Shown here one piece after another: positions 41,890 through 57,067 of a DNA stretch of 64,000 bases. The stretch covers positions 9,548,001 through 9,612,000 of the forward strand of contig CM022677.1 of assembly GCA_012295275.1 (NCBI GenBank), written 5' to 3'. The notes below the pieces were generated by a model. The model was not told the origin of the DNA and did not search any database. It worked only from the letters and a program-made list of their open reading frames with translations. The position numbers were made by a program, and so were the translations under genes. Position 1 is the first letter of the stretch. Every line of letters begins with the position of its first letter. The stretch comes from Chrysomallon squamiferum. Lineage: Eukaryota > Animalia > Mollusca.

Positions 41890-43823
41890 TACACCCTCAC
41901 TGTCCGACCATCTTACTGCAAAAATCTGTTTGAGATAAGAAAACTTCAGACGCCAGTTAGTCTTGTTAATTGACTTTATTATCCGACTTTTATTCAGTCT
42001 GTTGAATCAGTGATAAATCAAATAACATTAGGTAAATTGAGTTGCAATTACTTTATAATCTTCTTTAAGATACGACAAATATCGAACGATTAATCGTTTA
42101 ATCGATTATCGTGTTGACAAGATTCATTACAAAGTAATCAATTACTGAATTGTCTTGAAATAAAAAATAGTCGATAACCGCACTAAGTTCATTAAAAATA
42201 ATAACTCAACTGATAAATTTCGATTATCATGCTGATTTAAATAAAATACCTTTATATTTCATAAAATATAATCGATTATCGTGTTACAAGTGCATACTTA
42301 AAAGTAATTGATCACCATATTGACTGAATCGTTAAGACTCACTGATTACCAGTGAGTCGTGACGGATAGCCGAACTGACAGGACAGTTAACAGTAGTTGT
42401 GTGTGCAGTAACACATTTATCATCTGAAACGAGTTATAGAAACAGTAACAGAAAATAATTCATATAAAAAAAAATCATTACAACAAAAAAAGAAAACCAA
42501 AATTGACCACGAAATATTGATTTTAGAAGAATTTAATAATTTAATAGAATTAAATTCAATTCAAGATCTTTAAAAATAAAATAATTATATTTGATCCAGT
42601 AAATACATTTCATTTCAAATAAAGATTTTCTGTCAAGGTTTAATCAGTAGCTTTTGAAAAAAGATTTCTATTTAAAATTATACGTTTCTTCAGCAATATT
42701 TTATTTTATAAATTGTTTGCGTGCTTGTGTTTGTTATAAATAACAAAGAAAAAAAAAAGTAAAACTGAGAATATTTTTTTAAAGAATAATTTATCATCAC
42801 GGAATCAGGAATGAAAGCAGAGAAAGCTTTTCTCTTCTTTTCTTCTTCTTTTCCCTCTTTTTATTAGAATATTTAAAAACTGCTAACTTGAACATATTGC
42901 TGTTTCTATAAAATATAGTTTAACGAATGCGTTTTTGAATATTTTTATTTTTAGAAATCTTAACAAATGTTTCATACATTTTTATGATATTATTTATTTA
43001 TTTATTATTTATTCTTTATCTTTTAATATCGTGGGTTGTTTCGTTCTTATTTCTTTTCTCTTTTTTTCTCTCTTTCTTCTGTGTGTGTGTGTTTGTTTAG
43101 TAGAAGAGAATAACAAAAAATATTAAATAAACATAACATATAATATCTTCTGTGTTATTTTATCTATCACTGTGCAGCTTATTTCAAACTATATTGTTGC
43201 AGATCTCTGAGGATTCCAGTATAAAAAATAAAAATGCAAATGTTTATGAGTATGTCTAGTTTTTGTTATTTTCGCAGCTGTGTGACTTGGGTGACGTTGA
43301 AGACGACGTGATCTCTGGATAGTGTGACGTCTGAAGAAACGGAAGAGGGTTAACTGAGATAATGCATGAAGAAGCTTTTAGCACTGTCAGCGTTTTGTCA
43401 GACTGTACCTTGACACAGAAGCCGCTTATTCATCTGATTCAAATCACAGCCGATGTCTGGAGTAAAATAAAAATAAAAACTTACCTCTAGTAGCGTGCGT
43501 GTTTGTATGCAGTCTCTGTTATATGAGTAAACTTGTTCACCTTGAAAAAAGTCTTTAGATTTAGAACAGCTTGCTTTGAGATATAACAAAAACATGTTTA
43601 GAAATTCTGTTTAAAATGCTCTTTTAACATTTAGTTTGAGATTCTAGAATATAAATTAAGAAATCGTATATTGAATGTGATTTTGTTAATATGCTTGCTT
43701 TTGTTGCCTGAGATGCTGAGTTCCACGTACAACCACTGCTTCAGTATAAAACAGCTTTGGTTATTTAACTGTTCAAGAAGACTGTAAGAAGACAGAAGAG
43801 TTGTTTGTGTGAAGACGTCAGTG

Positions 43824-43875
43824 ATGTCGTTCTGTCTGCTTTTACACATCGCTGTGTTAGTCGAGGGTGTACAAG
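43824..43875 (+). CDS. Nicotinic acetylcholine receptor alpha subunit, coding exon 1 (signal peptide MSFCLLLHIAVLVEGVQ)
   Basis: Hydrophobic signal peptide, strong AAG|GTAAGA donor, and phase 1 matching exon 2. Assigned by position and phase. Confidence 0.68.
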
Positions 43876-44129
43876 GTAAGATTATTTCACTTGTCTATTT
43901 CAGCAACACCAGAAGTAGTAGCAGTACTAGTGTAGTAGTAATGGAGGCAGTTGTTGTGGCAGTAGTACAAGTGGTGGTAGTACTAGCAGAAGTAGTATAG
44001 TAGTAGTTGTAGTAGCAGTAATAACAACAGCAGTGAAACTGTATCAGGTCTAATCCAGACCTAACTACAAAATAATTCAAACGTAATGTCTACGTTAACG
44101 GATAGACGAGGAAACAAAAGGAGGTCATA

Positions 44130-44570
44130 TCAACTACAACATAGCAAACATAGCATTTACTACAACATACCCAACATAGCATTTACTACAACATACCCAA
44201 CATAGCATTTACTATACCAAACATAGCATTTACTACAACATACCAAACATAGCATTTATTACAACATACCAAACATAGCATTTACTACAATATACCAAAC
44301 ATAGCATTTACTACCACCAAACATAGCATTTACTACAACACCAAACATAGCATTTACTACAACATACCAAACATAGCATTTACTACAACACCAAACATAG
44401 CATTTACTACAACATACCAAACATAGCATTTACTACAACATACCAAACATAGCATTTACTTCAACACCAAACATAGCATTTACTACAACATACCAAACAT
44501 AGCATTTACTACAACATACCAAACATAGCATTTACTACAACATACCAAACATAGCATTTACTACTTACAC
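44130..44570. repeat. Minisatellite, unit about 26 bp (TACTACAACATACCAAACATAGCATT), with shorter variants
   Basis: About 17 tandem copies. Confidence 0.95.
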
Positions 44571-44603
44571 CCGAACTCACACAACTGCCTACTTACATGT
44601 TTG

Positions 44604-45240
44604 TCTAAATACAGCTGCATACGCACCATTCTGTAAACTATCTAAATACAGCTGCATACGCACCATTCTGTAAACTATCTAAATACAGCTGCATACGCAC
44701 CATTCTGTAAACTATCTAAATACAGCTGCATACGCACCATTCTGTAAACTATCTAAATAAAGCTGCATACACACCATTCTGTAAACTATCTAAATACAGC
44801 TGCATACGCACCATTCTGTAAACTATCTAAATACAGCTGCATACGCACCATTCTGTAAACTATCTAAATACAGCTGCATACGCACCATTCTGTAAACTAT
44901 CTAAATACAGCTGCATACACACCATTCTGTAAACTATCTAAATACAGCTGCATACGCACCATTCTGTAAACTATCTAAATAAAGCTGCATACACACCATT
45001 CTGTAAACTATCTAAATAAAGCTGCATACACACCATTCTGTAAACTATCTAAATACAGCTGTATACGCACCATTCTGTAAACTATCTAAATAAAGCTGCA
45101 TACACACCATTCTGTAAACTATCTAAATACAGCTGCATACACACCATTCTGTAAACTATCTAAATAAAGCTGCATACACACCATTCTGTAAACTATCTAA
45201 ATACAGCTGCATACACACAATTCTGTAAACTATCCAAATA
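44604..45240. repeat. 37-bp minisatellite (TCTAAATACAGCTGCATACGCACCATTCTGTAAACTA), 17 units
   Basis: Exact 37-nt period with no spacers. Confidence 0.97.
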
Positions 45241-45724
45241 TACAAACATTCTAAATCAGTGATATCTCGCTATTTATATGCCTGTAATTATATTTAACGA
45301 ACCCCAATATTCCAAAAGCATCTTTAACATATTAAAGAACAGAAACAAAATTGATGTTTTATTAGAAACTTTCATTTGATTTAATCACGTGTAAGTGTTA
45401 CTATTTTATGTGTATTTTTATTTATTTTTATTTTGTATATTTTTTTTTAGTCTAATGGTTCAGTCTAATGGAAACCAAGTATGGCAGTTTCTCTCGCCTT
45501 GCTGTTCATTACAATTAGTTTTTCTTAATCTAAAGTGACTCGGTGTTGAGTTTTCAACGTCATACACGACGTGTTCTTGTCATAGTGACAGCCTGGAGAC
45601 TCAAACGACTGAGATCAATACGGCTACATTAGATACATTGTGAGGAGATCACAGACTTGAAAAGCCTGCTGACGTCTTTTTCACACGTTCTCTTTTTTAT
45701 CTGTTCTAACCTTTTTCTTTCTTT

Positions 45725-45797
<73 letters not shown>

Positions 45798-46312
45798 CGC
45801 TCCCTAGATTTTTTATTTTATTTTGCTTTCTTTTTTTTAATTATTGTTATTTAATCTCCTTTGGCTGCTCTTTTCTCTCATTTCATTTTATTTATATGTG
45901 TTCTTTTTTTGTTCTTTTTCTTAATTTCCTTTTGTTTTTATAACGGGTTTCTTGTATGACGTACTTTAATCTCAAATTGTGGCTGATTTTCTTTCTAAAT
46001 TTCTGTTTAAATGTTTTCTTTTTCTCTGACACTTTGCGTTACTCTTACATAGTTCAATCTTTGGCATTAATATATATAATAATATATATATATATTTGTT
46101 TCTTTTTTGTTCTCTTTATCTGCGCCACAAAAGTCATAATAACAACAACAATGATCATCATCATCATCATCGTGGCAATGATTATAATGATAATAATGTA
46201 AATAATAATAACAAGGGCAATAATAATGATGATAAATCATTGTCTTTGTTCTATCTTCTTTTAAATTTCTTTTATTTTAATTTCCAATTCCTTTCAATTT
46301 TATTTTATTTTA

Positions 46313-46348
<36 letters not shown>

Positions 46349-47642
46349 TAACTTTTCGAAGGCTTTTATATTTTTTATTCCCTTAATTAAATTTTCTTTC
46401 CTGTTCTCTTCATCTCTTTCATTTAATTTTATTTCACCACTTTTTTCCTATCAATTCGGACTTAATCTTAAACTACGCTTATCTCAGAGGTTGCCATAGA
46501 AACTACTTCTTTGTGTTTTTTTTAAGCTATATTTTATCTACTACCTAAATAGTTTTAGTAGCTATCCTTATTTTATTTTATTCTATTCTATTCTAATCTA
46601 TTTATAATTTATTTACTTATTTACATTTTTAGTTACTAACTAATTATTTATATATTTAATTATTTATTTAGTTGTTTGTTTGTTTGGTTGGTTGATTGGT
46701 TATAATATTTGATGTATTTATGACTTTCTATTCAGATATTTTATAACTGAATAAAAATCATAATTACATTAAAATTTCATTTAAGAAAAGTGGAAATAAA
46801 TTTTAAAAAGCGATACTATGAAATTAAGTTGAAAATAACTGCATTTCTCATCGCTTTGTCTCTTTTATATCTTCATATATATATGTATGTGAGAAACAAA
46901 CGATATCATCAGTAACAGTTAAGATAATTATTAATTGCTTAAGAGAGCAAGAAATAAAAACAAAATCCAATAAAATAAAAATATAGAAAATAAAGAAAAA
47001 AGATTTTTAAAAAGATAATAAAAACTTCATTTTCTTCTGCTGTATGCAGAAATTAAGCTGTGTTTACACGATATCGCTGTACGTTGTGAAAACGAAGAAA
47101 ATCTCTTGGCCTGTTATTCTAGCTTTAATGTTCGCAACATTTGGTACCTTTATTTGCCTAATAAAACACTAGCGAAGTAAAACTAATCTAAGCATTCGAT
47201 GGGCAGGGAAAAGATAATTGAGAAATTATCCAAACTTAATGAGAGGGTCTCCGTGGTCGCTGAAGTCAATAATGTAATGAAGAAGCGTGAGCCAAGTTCA
47301 CGTTTAACGAGAACGAGTCAGCCCAGAGATTCAGATCTGAACACTTCCTTCACGTGAACAGCAAACTTTACTGTCAACATGCTTATAAGACGTCGTTGTT
47401 ACTCTAAAAATATTTCAACATAATTATATTGAAAATAATATTGATGATGATGATGATGATAATAATAATAATAATAATAATAGTAATAATAATAATAATA
47501 TCAGCGATAAGGTTGATGATAATTTCTCTTTTTTCCATATTTCTTTCAAATTTTATCATTATTAATAATTCTGATATTTATATTGATAATAATAATAATA
47601 GTATCTCCAGTCTGGATATTAAAGTTATTGTCATATATTTTT

Positions 47643-48748
47643 GTTAGACATTATTATCAAGATAGTCATATGTCTTTGTTAGACATTATTATCAAGATGC
47701 CGTATATCTTTATTAGACATTATTATCAAGATGGTTATATATCTTTTTAGACATTAATATCAAGACGGGTATAGTATATCAGACTTTAATGTAAGACGGG
47801 TATAGTATATCAGACTTTAATGTAAGACGGGTATAGTATATCAGACTTTAATGTAAGACGGGTATAGTATATCAGACATTAATGTAAGACAGGTATAGTA
47901 TATCAGACATTAAGGTAAGACAGGTATAGTATATCAGACTTTAATGTAAGACAGGTATAGTATATCAGACTTTAATGTAAGACAGGTATAGTATATCAGA
48001 CTTTAATATAAGACAGGTATAGTATATCAGACTTTAATGTAAGACAGGTATAGTATATCAGACTTTAATGTAAGACGATATAGTATATCAGACTTTAATG
48101 TAAGACAGGTATAGTATATCAGACTTTAATGTAAGACGGGTATAGTATATCAGACTTTAATGTAAGACGATATAGTATATCAGACTTTAATGTAAGACGA
48201 TATAGTATATCAGACTTTAATGTAAGACGATATAGTATATCAGACTTTAATGTAAGACGGGTATAGTATATCAGACTTTAATGTAAGACGGGTATAGTAT
48301 ATCAGACATTAATGTAAGACGGGTATAGTATATCAGACTTTAATGTAAGACGGGTATAGTATATCAGACATTAAAGTAAGACGGGTATAGTATATCAGAC
48401 TTTAATGTAAGACGGGTATAGTATATCAGACTTTAATGTAAGACAGGTATAGTATATCAGACATTAATGTAAGACGGGTATAGTATATCAGACTTTAATG
48501 TAAGACGGGTATAGTATATCAGACATTAAAGTAAGACGGGTATAGTATATCAGACTTTAATGTAAGACGGTATAGTATATCAGACTTTAATGTAAGACGG
48601 GTATAGTATATCAGACTTTAATGTAAGACGGGTATAGTATATCAGACTTTAATGTAAGACGGGTATAGTATATCAGACTTTAATGTAAGACGGGTATAGT
48701 ATATCAGACTTTAATGTAAGACGGGTATAGTATATCAGACATTATTAG
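47643..48748. repeat. 31-bp minisatellite (AAGACGGGTATAGTATATCAGACTTTAATGT), about 32 units, preceded by diverged longer units
   Basis: Homogeneous from 47762; related TTAGACATTATTATCAAGAT units occupy 47643-47761. Confidence 0.96.
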
Positions 48749-50957
48749 CATTAACAGCCTCAGTGTGATCACGTTGTTCTAGAATATATAATTTTTTGTC
48801 AGACACCTTTTTCACGCTGGTTATCACATTATATATATATTTTTTTTTTTGAAATATCTGTTAATATCAGACAGCTCCAGTCTGAGTGTTTGTCTGTGAT
48901 ATGAAATTGAGATTTAGTGATATACAGATAACTGCAGTCTGATATAAGAGTGTTGGCCACAGAGAGATAAAAAGTCAAACAGCACGAAGGCTTTAAAATA
49001 ATATTTACTTACTTACTTATTTATTTATTTATTCATTTATTTTATTTTTAATTTTTTACTCAACTAATTTACTTACACATTTTTCTCCTTATCGTAAACG
49101 AAGGCGAATGCGAGGTGATTAGGTCTGTATCTACACCTTCGATGGCTTTTGTTATCAAGTATTTATTTATCTATATATCTATATATATGTCTGTCTGTCT
49201 GTCTGTCTATCTATCTGTCTGTCTGTCTGTCTGACTATCTGTCTATCTATTTGTCTATTTAGTCTTGTTTCATACTCTCTGTGTTGCTATCTCCCGCAGA
49301 CCTCTCTCTCGGTTTCTCACTTTACTTTCCTGTCAGAGTGGCAAGCGATCCGAGTGTGAACTAACACTTTGATCTTTCTCCGTCCATTATGTCAAATGAC
49401 TCGCAATAAAAGCTTTTCCAGTTACTCTTTCGCTTCACAGAACTCGACAACAATCTTCGCAAACCTCTCTTTGCTCTACGCCTTAAGATACCAGTTTGAT
49501 ACGTTTGCAAAATGGCATTTATTGACCATTTAATATTATTTTCTGACATTCGGCCAATTTCGGCTCATTTCGTCTCGCCTCCGGTGAAACACGATCCGAC
49601 ATCAGGGATAAAGTGTTTTCTTTTATGTACATCCCATCAGCTCAGTTTGCGTTAGTCGTAACACAATTCTTTTGATTGGATAATCACGTTCGTCTCCATT
49701 GACAACTTGCCAGTGATGAAGTCATAAGTGGATGTGATAGAACGTGTCTCCTGGGCATTTAACTGTCTAGAAAGAAGACAGTTTTAAAATAAACGTATTA
49801 ATACCGCTTTTTTAAACACTTTTACTCTTGCTTATTTTATTTCATTTCATTTCATTTCATTTTATTTTATTTTATTTTATTTTATTTCTTTATTTATTTG
49901 TTTTTGGGTTATTTAATATTTAGTCTATTTTATTTCATTATTTAATACTTTTGTTATTATTTATTTATTTTAAATTAATTAATGCTGTTTTTTCTTTTCT
50001 TCATTAATGTTTTTACTGAAAAATTTGAATTACACATTTTTTTCATCACTGCAGAATTACGTAATGTTGATTTCTACCCTCTCTCTGGTTTTCTTTCTGT
50101 GCTGTTAACGAGTGTTTTACATACTAAACGATGTTATGCAAATCACACCAGTCCGACACAGATAACACGTTTATCTCACACAGACATTTTAATGACTCAG
50201 ATCTCAATTTCGTGAAATTAGGATTCTCCGATCATTTAGTTTATTTATGTCGTGAACGAAGAAAAGCGCTCAGTCCACACAGAGGATAACATCAGAGGTT
50301 TTCTCTTACAACTTTATTTATCTTTGTTGTGGCAGTTTCTTGCCTCGTTTGTCAAACAAGGATTCGTTTCCGATTCCTGCCATATTTTTCCTTCTATTTT
50401 CTTTTCTTTTCTTTTTTTTTCTGTTTGAGAGGGGTCAGAACTTATTTCACTTTTTGTTTGTTTGTGGGTTTCTCGAGCTGTACATTTTCCTGTATTCTTC
50501 ACACACACACACACACTAACTCACACTAACTTACACATACAGGAACACAAACACACACAGAACTACACGAACATATACACATAAACACACATACACATAC
50601 TCACGTACACCCTCACGAACAAACACACATTCACACACATACAGAAACACGAATACACATCTACACACACACAAACACACATACACACGTATTTAGGCAT
50701 TCCTTTCAACAAATCTAGATTCTGAAAGTCACTTTCTGTAAAAAAAAGATAAAAAATCTTTCTGAGAAAAGATGCAATGACGGCCGATGACTACGGAGAT
50801 TTCTTAACTATCACTTGTCTCCCAAGAGTTTATACTGCAGGCATTTTTTTGTATTTGTTTCTCTCTCAGTATATTTTTCTCTGTTTCTCTCAATCATTCT
50901 CTTTCTCTTGTTTATTTACCTACCTACCTACCTACACACACACAGACACACACACAG

Positions 50958-50988
<31 letters not shown>

Positions 50989-51068
50989 CGCGCGCGTACA
51001 TATCTTATATCCCATTCTCTCGTCTCTTTCTGTTTCTTTCTTTATCTTTTATCTTTCAGCTATTTCAG

Positions 51069-51254
<186 letters not shown>

Positions 51255-52664
51255 GTAATTATCTGGTGAATGTATCATTTAAATGGTTCTACTCAGTAGA
51301 ATGAATACTAAATTTCTGTGAAAGTTTCTGTTTCTTTCACTCGTTCTTTCTTCTTATTTCTCTCTGTTTTTCTCTGTCTCATAACCAGATACATACATAA
51401 ATACATTTATCTATCTCTGTCTCACACACACATATATACATATTTGTGTCCTACTCCCAAAATGCCTTGCTGTTCATATCAAAACGTGTTTAAATTAAAG
51501 ATTAAAAAGTCAGTTAATATTTTATTTTTCATGTTCTCAATCCTTATCCTCTTTGATCTCGTTTCATCTGTTTCCTATTTTGTTTCAGCCGCTAAGCGAA
51601 TCTGTGATGGAAGATAATTGAATCTGCCATTCTAATTTAAAAGCTTTTCTTTCAAAACGAACGTCCAAAGCCGTGGCCATCATTTGTCAATTTATCAAAG
51701 ACCGGAGGAAATAACGAAGTAAAAAACTGCTTTCTGCGTCTCCGATTCTAGAGATTTTATTAATGAAAAAACAGATTATTCTTTTTTTTTTTTTTTTTTT
51801 ATACTTTTCTCAGCATATGTCCTATTTATTTTTCATTTTTATTTATTTATTTTTTATTTATTTAAATTTACAGAAGACAATCTACGTGATTTCGGCGGCG
51901 AAAAGTCAAAATGATAAAAATTGATGATGCTTAATAATAATCGACTTGTTATTTTTCTTTCGAGGCTTACTTGGCCGCCATTACAGCAGCACTCAGTTAT
52001 TTTCTACTGCTGTATCCGCGACTTCGCTTAATGAAACTTTAACTTGGATACGAAAACGATTTGGGCAATAAAAAGAAGATGTTTACGGAAATCAATGGCG
52101 AGGTCTTTGACGTTGATGGATAAGAATCGGCTGCTGATTGAACGACGTTCTCAGTCCTGTCTTTAAACACTTCCCCCAAATGTCGTCTGCGCACCGCAGC
52201 CTTAATAGTGTCATACTGTGCTGTGAATGAATAAATCTACTCAGTTCAGTGCATCTGCTAAACTTGACACCGTGAAACACACACACATACACGGACACAC
52301 ATATACAAACACACACACACACAAACAAAACACACATATTTTGGTCATCATCATCATTAAAATCTAAATAATCATCGTAATCGTAACCAAGAACAACGTA
52401 AGCACTCGCACACACGCATATAAATATATATAAGTCAGTTAATATTGTACTTTACATGGATTTATCAAACATTATGTTTGAATACGTCGATATTCCAGAC
52501 ATATCTGTATACAAAGAAATTACCTCGATCTCTGCTAAGCGGTTAATGTTCATGTCACGTATTTTTCTGTAACAAATCTGATTTTCTACACAGACGAGAA
52601 CCTAGTATTTTACATTCACTTCATACCTCTTCTACAGTGGTATTCCATATAGTATGTTTCTATA

Positions 52665-52742
<78 letters not shown>

Positions 52743-53112
52743 TTATCTATCTGTATCTGTCATCTGACTGTTCATGTCAGGTATATATTTATACATCTAT
52801 AATCTTGCTCTCTTTCTGTCATATTTTCTATTTCTGCTTATATATCTCTTTAAATATATATATGTGTATGTCTGTGTGTATGTGTGTGTGTATTTTTTAT
52901 TTATTTATCTATATATCTACATATCTCTGAGGATATACAAAAGACCTGATATTTTGTTTTCAGTCAGATATCTTTAACAATAATCTGTATTGTTTCTAAA
53001 AGATATTATTAATTTTTAAACAGTTAATGTGTGTATGTGTGTGTGAGATCAAATATAACAAAACGTTTAATTAATAATGATTTTTATTTTATTTTCTAAT
53101 TAGTTTGAATCA

Positions 53113-53150
<38 letters not shown>

Positions 53151-53219
53151 CAACTATTGATTATGATCATTATGGTGGTGGTGTGTTTAAGAAGAAATCT
53201 GTTGTTGTCTTTGGAACAG

Positions 53220-53374
53220 GACTGACAGAGAGACCGGACCCCCGGTTGTCCAAGGAACAGGTTCTACTGAGAGACATGATGACGTCATACGAGAAATCTG
53301 TGAGACCAGTCTACAACGCCGAGAAACCAGTCATCATTAACCTTGGTCTCACCTTGACACAAATCCTTGACCTT
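53220..53374 (+). CDS. nAChR alpha subunit, coding exon 2 (EQVLLRDMMTSYEKSVRPVYNAEKPVIINLGLTLTQILDL)
   Basis: Cys-loop N-terminal helix and Y...VRPV motif; AACAG acceptor and GTTAGT donor. Confidence 0.93.
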
Positions 53375-53676
53375 GTTAGTATAATAATGTGACTGATTCA
53401 CTTTTTTCTTTCATTTTTTTTCCTTACCATCATTTTAGAAACAAAATTGACAAAATATTTATTATAATTCAGGTTTTTATTAATTTTAAGATATATATTA
53501 TATAAAAATATCTTACAACTTCTGACTTTTATTGCATAGTTTGTCAGTCATTTTATTATTATTATTAGTAGTAGTAGTAGTAGTAGTAGTAGTATTTCTT
53601 TTTTAAACAAAATTTGTTTGAAGCTTGTATCTTATTACTGAAGTTAACTGAACAATATTTTTAAATATTTTTACAG

Positions 53677-53721
53677 GATGAAAAGAACCAAGTTTTAACA
53701 ACAAATGTTTGGCTGGAAGTT
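53677..53721 (+). CDS. nAChR alpha subunit, coding exon 3 (DEKNQVLTTNVWLEV)
   Basis: The classic 45-nt nAChR exon carrying loop D Trp; TTACAG acceptor and GTAAGT donor. Confidence 0.96.
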
Positions 53722-53908
53722 GTAAGTAAAATATTTATTATTCTTGTTTGTAAATTCTTCACCACTGACTAATAATCAGTCTATGCTAAACTAAAATAAT
53801 CCCATGTTATAAATGAATTTTTTAGTAGTGCGCCATTCTGAGTTTATTCAAACATAAGAATTAAAAGAATAAAAGTGCAATCCATTCATTAATTTCATCA
53901 CAGTTATA

Positions 53909-54018
<110 letters not shown>

Positions 54019-55738
54019 AAACACAACACATACACACACATCATACTTTCAAAATAAATTCTTGTTCTATTCTTGTGCCTCTTGTCTGCAGTCACACAGA
54101 CAGTTATTTAAATTATCTCCATTCAGCTGATGAAACTTTTCAAATATTATCAGTGGCGAAATCACTGTCAGGAACTGCCCACTTTTCTTCGAACTGCGCC
54201 GTGATTATTGGAAATAACTGTTAGTGTTATTTTTATTTCTAGCTAACGTATGCCACAAACCACTGCCATTACCCACTCCCCGTTTCCTCAACTCCATCAT
54301 AATGGCTTTCTGTGGCTGCCGCTCAATTAGAACTAAGCGTCATGTTTATGTATGTCGTGTTGAGAGGAGACAACTCTACACTCTCCAGCTTCATCTCAGA
54401 TCAGTCTGTCGCTCAAGTCAATTACGCCATATATTACTTCCGGCCCATTACTTCCCTGACTTATTAATGCGCGTTTCGCTCTCAGTTTTAATAAAGCTAT
54501 TAAGGACGAATGACTTTTGTTTAAAAAAAGTACATCCGCGACGAGATGATGAGAATTACTTGTTGAAATATGTTTGTAAGGTCAATCAGTGATTCTTAAA
54601 GGTTTGCAGCTACAGATTTTGAATTCTACTGAAATAGGATTTGAGAAGAAGACGAAGTAAGACGGAAATCTGTCGTTTTATAGCTTCACGTTTTTTCTAC
54701 ACTGAGTGCAATAAGTCACGTGACAGAAATCTGCAGTAGTCAGTTACTGCTCGCGACACAGGCCCAGTTCAAACAAGGGGGGGGATCTCCTCACTGTCAA
54801 AGTGAGAAAAGTTTGTATCAGTCGACAAATATAAGGAATGGCGCCGTTTGTTTCCATGGAAACCTATCTGATTTATACAACTGTTGGAACTACCAGATGT
54901 CAGTCGTTGTCGTTATTTCTGGCGCAATCACATCTAATCTCGTCAGCAAACATGTTTACAGGCAATTAGCTGTGATTAGATAGCCGCTGACAGGACGTTG
55001 TTAATTATAATTGTATCTGAGAGAAGACGAAATCAATACATATTAAGTTATTTTAGGACAATAAAATAGAAGATTAAATTAACGATTCAGTGTGGAAAAC
55101 AGTTCATTTCCTCTTTATCATAAATTTGATTGTCAACGAATAACGTACAACATCTACAATAGAACATTATACTAATACTAGTCCACGCACCACACACCAC
55201 TACTACTACTAATCTGCTACTGCTAATAATTACTACTAATAACACTAATAATAATAATAATAAAACACTAGTACTTCTATTACATCATCATCGCATTATA
55301 TTACCGCTAGTATTGCATTGTTATCTTTAGGTACTACTACTACTACAACTAGTAATACTAATACTACTGCACCAGCACCACCAGTGACTCGCCTACTTTC
55401 TCACCACTTACTGCTACAACCCCAACCACTGTGCACTCTGCTACATACTAATCTACACCAGTTTGTTATCAAGTTTATGTCTGTTGTTTGGGTTTCTCAT
55501 TATTTTGTTATTTCCCAGTGCGGCTGACATCAGTAAATTTAAATCTGACCACGCTGCACTCAATTAATGATCTTTAACCCGGGACAACACGAAGCTAACT
55601 CAGTTTGTGTACGCCCGACTAGTCAGAGTTTGTCTCAATATTTAAATCAATATTTGACCTCGAACTCTCCAATTCTGTACAACAGGCAAGCAATGCCTGT
55701 CATTTGTCAAAACAGAGAGAGGGAGAGGGAGGGAGAGA

Positions 55739-55878
<140 letters not shown>

Positions 55879-55932
55879 AGGGTGGAGGATGAAGTGACAA
55901 GGTAACTAGACACGTCCTTTTTGTATTTTCAG

Positions 55933-56042
55933 GAATGGTACGATGAGAGGTTGCTATGGAATTCAAGTGATTATGGTGGAATAACAAGTTTAAGAATCCC
56001 ATGTCATTTGCTGTGGTTACCAGACATTGTTTTATACAACAG
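55933..56042 (+). CDS. nAChR alpha subunit, coding exon 4 (EWYDERLLWNSSDYGGITSLRIPCHLLWLPDIVLYN)
   Basis: The classic 110-nt exon with WLPDIVLYN (loop A); canonical splice sites. Confidence 0.96.
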
Positions 56043-56524
56043 GTAAGAATATTTCAAAACAGTCTCTCAATTCCTTTTTTATTATTTATTTATAAATATC
56101 TCTAAACTTTTCAGAGCAGAACATGTTCCTATAATTAAGCCTGTCTCCGCTATGTTTTTATTGTTATTGTTTTTATACGTCTGCCTGTCTGTCTGTATAT
56201 ATTGTGTATGTATTTATGTGTGAGTGCGTATGTACATATGTAAATGTTAAACTCCTTTATCAACCGTATGACGTAAATAGTAAACAAATGTAAAGAATCC
56301 ATCTAGAATGTTTTTTCGTCTTCTTCCTTTTTTCTTTTTTATTATTATTATTATTATTATTTTTAATGTAGTGGTTATATTTCTTTAATATATGTAATTC
56401 GTTTACCCAAAGTTATTAATGTCAGTGTTTAAATAATTTGATTGATACATGATCAGTGGTTATGTCAGTTTTGCTCAGTTACTGTCGACTCGGAACTGTT
56501 ATCTTTACTCTGACTTCTTTTCAG

Positions 56525-56705
56525 TGTAGACGATTATACATCCGGGTACATGCCCAGCCTCGCTATGGTATACAATACAAGTCGGATATTCTGGGGACCA
56601 GTCGTACGTTTCCGCAGTTCGTGTCGAATCGACATCACGTACTTCCCGTTTGACGATCAGATCTGCATGCTCAAAATCGGGTCGTGGGCTTACAATGGTT
56701 TCCAG
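56525..56705 (+). CDS. nAChR alpha subunit, coding exon 5 (Cys-loop CRIDITYFPFDDQIC, loop B GSWAY)
   Basis: C-x13-C signature; TTTTCAG acceptor and CAG|GTAAAA donor; 181 nt. Confidence 0.96.
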
Positions 56706-57067
56706 GTAAAATCAAACTTAGAAACGTTTCTAAGATCGTACTGGGAGATTTATTTATTTGGGAGGGTTTGATTTTTTTGTTTTCAATTTATTTTATTTTA
56801 TACTGATATTTTTCATTTCTTATTATTATTTGTAACGACGTTAGATGATCTCGTCTTTGTTTCATCGTAAAACCTGGATATCTATGAAACTGTTTTCAGT
56901 AGATATATTTCTTTTGCGTATGAACTACAGATAAATATTAAATAAATATGTATTAATAATTATACTAAGTAAAAAAAAATGCCTCTAAAGTTCTGGTTGA
57001 CCATCCGTACAACACTTTTACAGTGAAATATTAAAATCACGCGTTGACAGTGAATCTGTTGTTTCAG

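Noticed and set aside
44604-45240. 37-bp direct repeats (also the 26- and 31-bp arrays) of CRISPR-like length
   Set aside because: Units are head-to-tail with no unique spacers, there are no cas genes, and the context is a eukaryotic intron.
54224-54983. Non-repetitive 122-aa and 87-aa ORFs in nAChR intron 3 (possible alternative exons or nested gene)
   Set aside because: No similarity to nAChR exons 3/4 or any family I recognise, and no convincing splice-site pairs.
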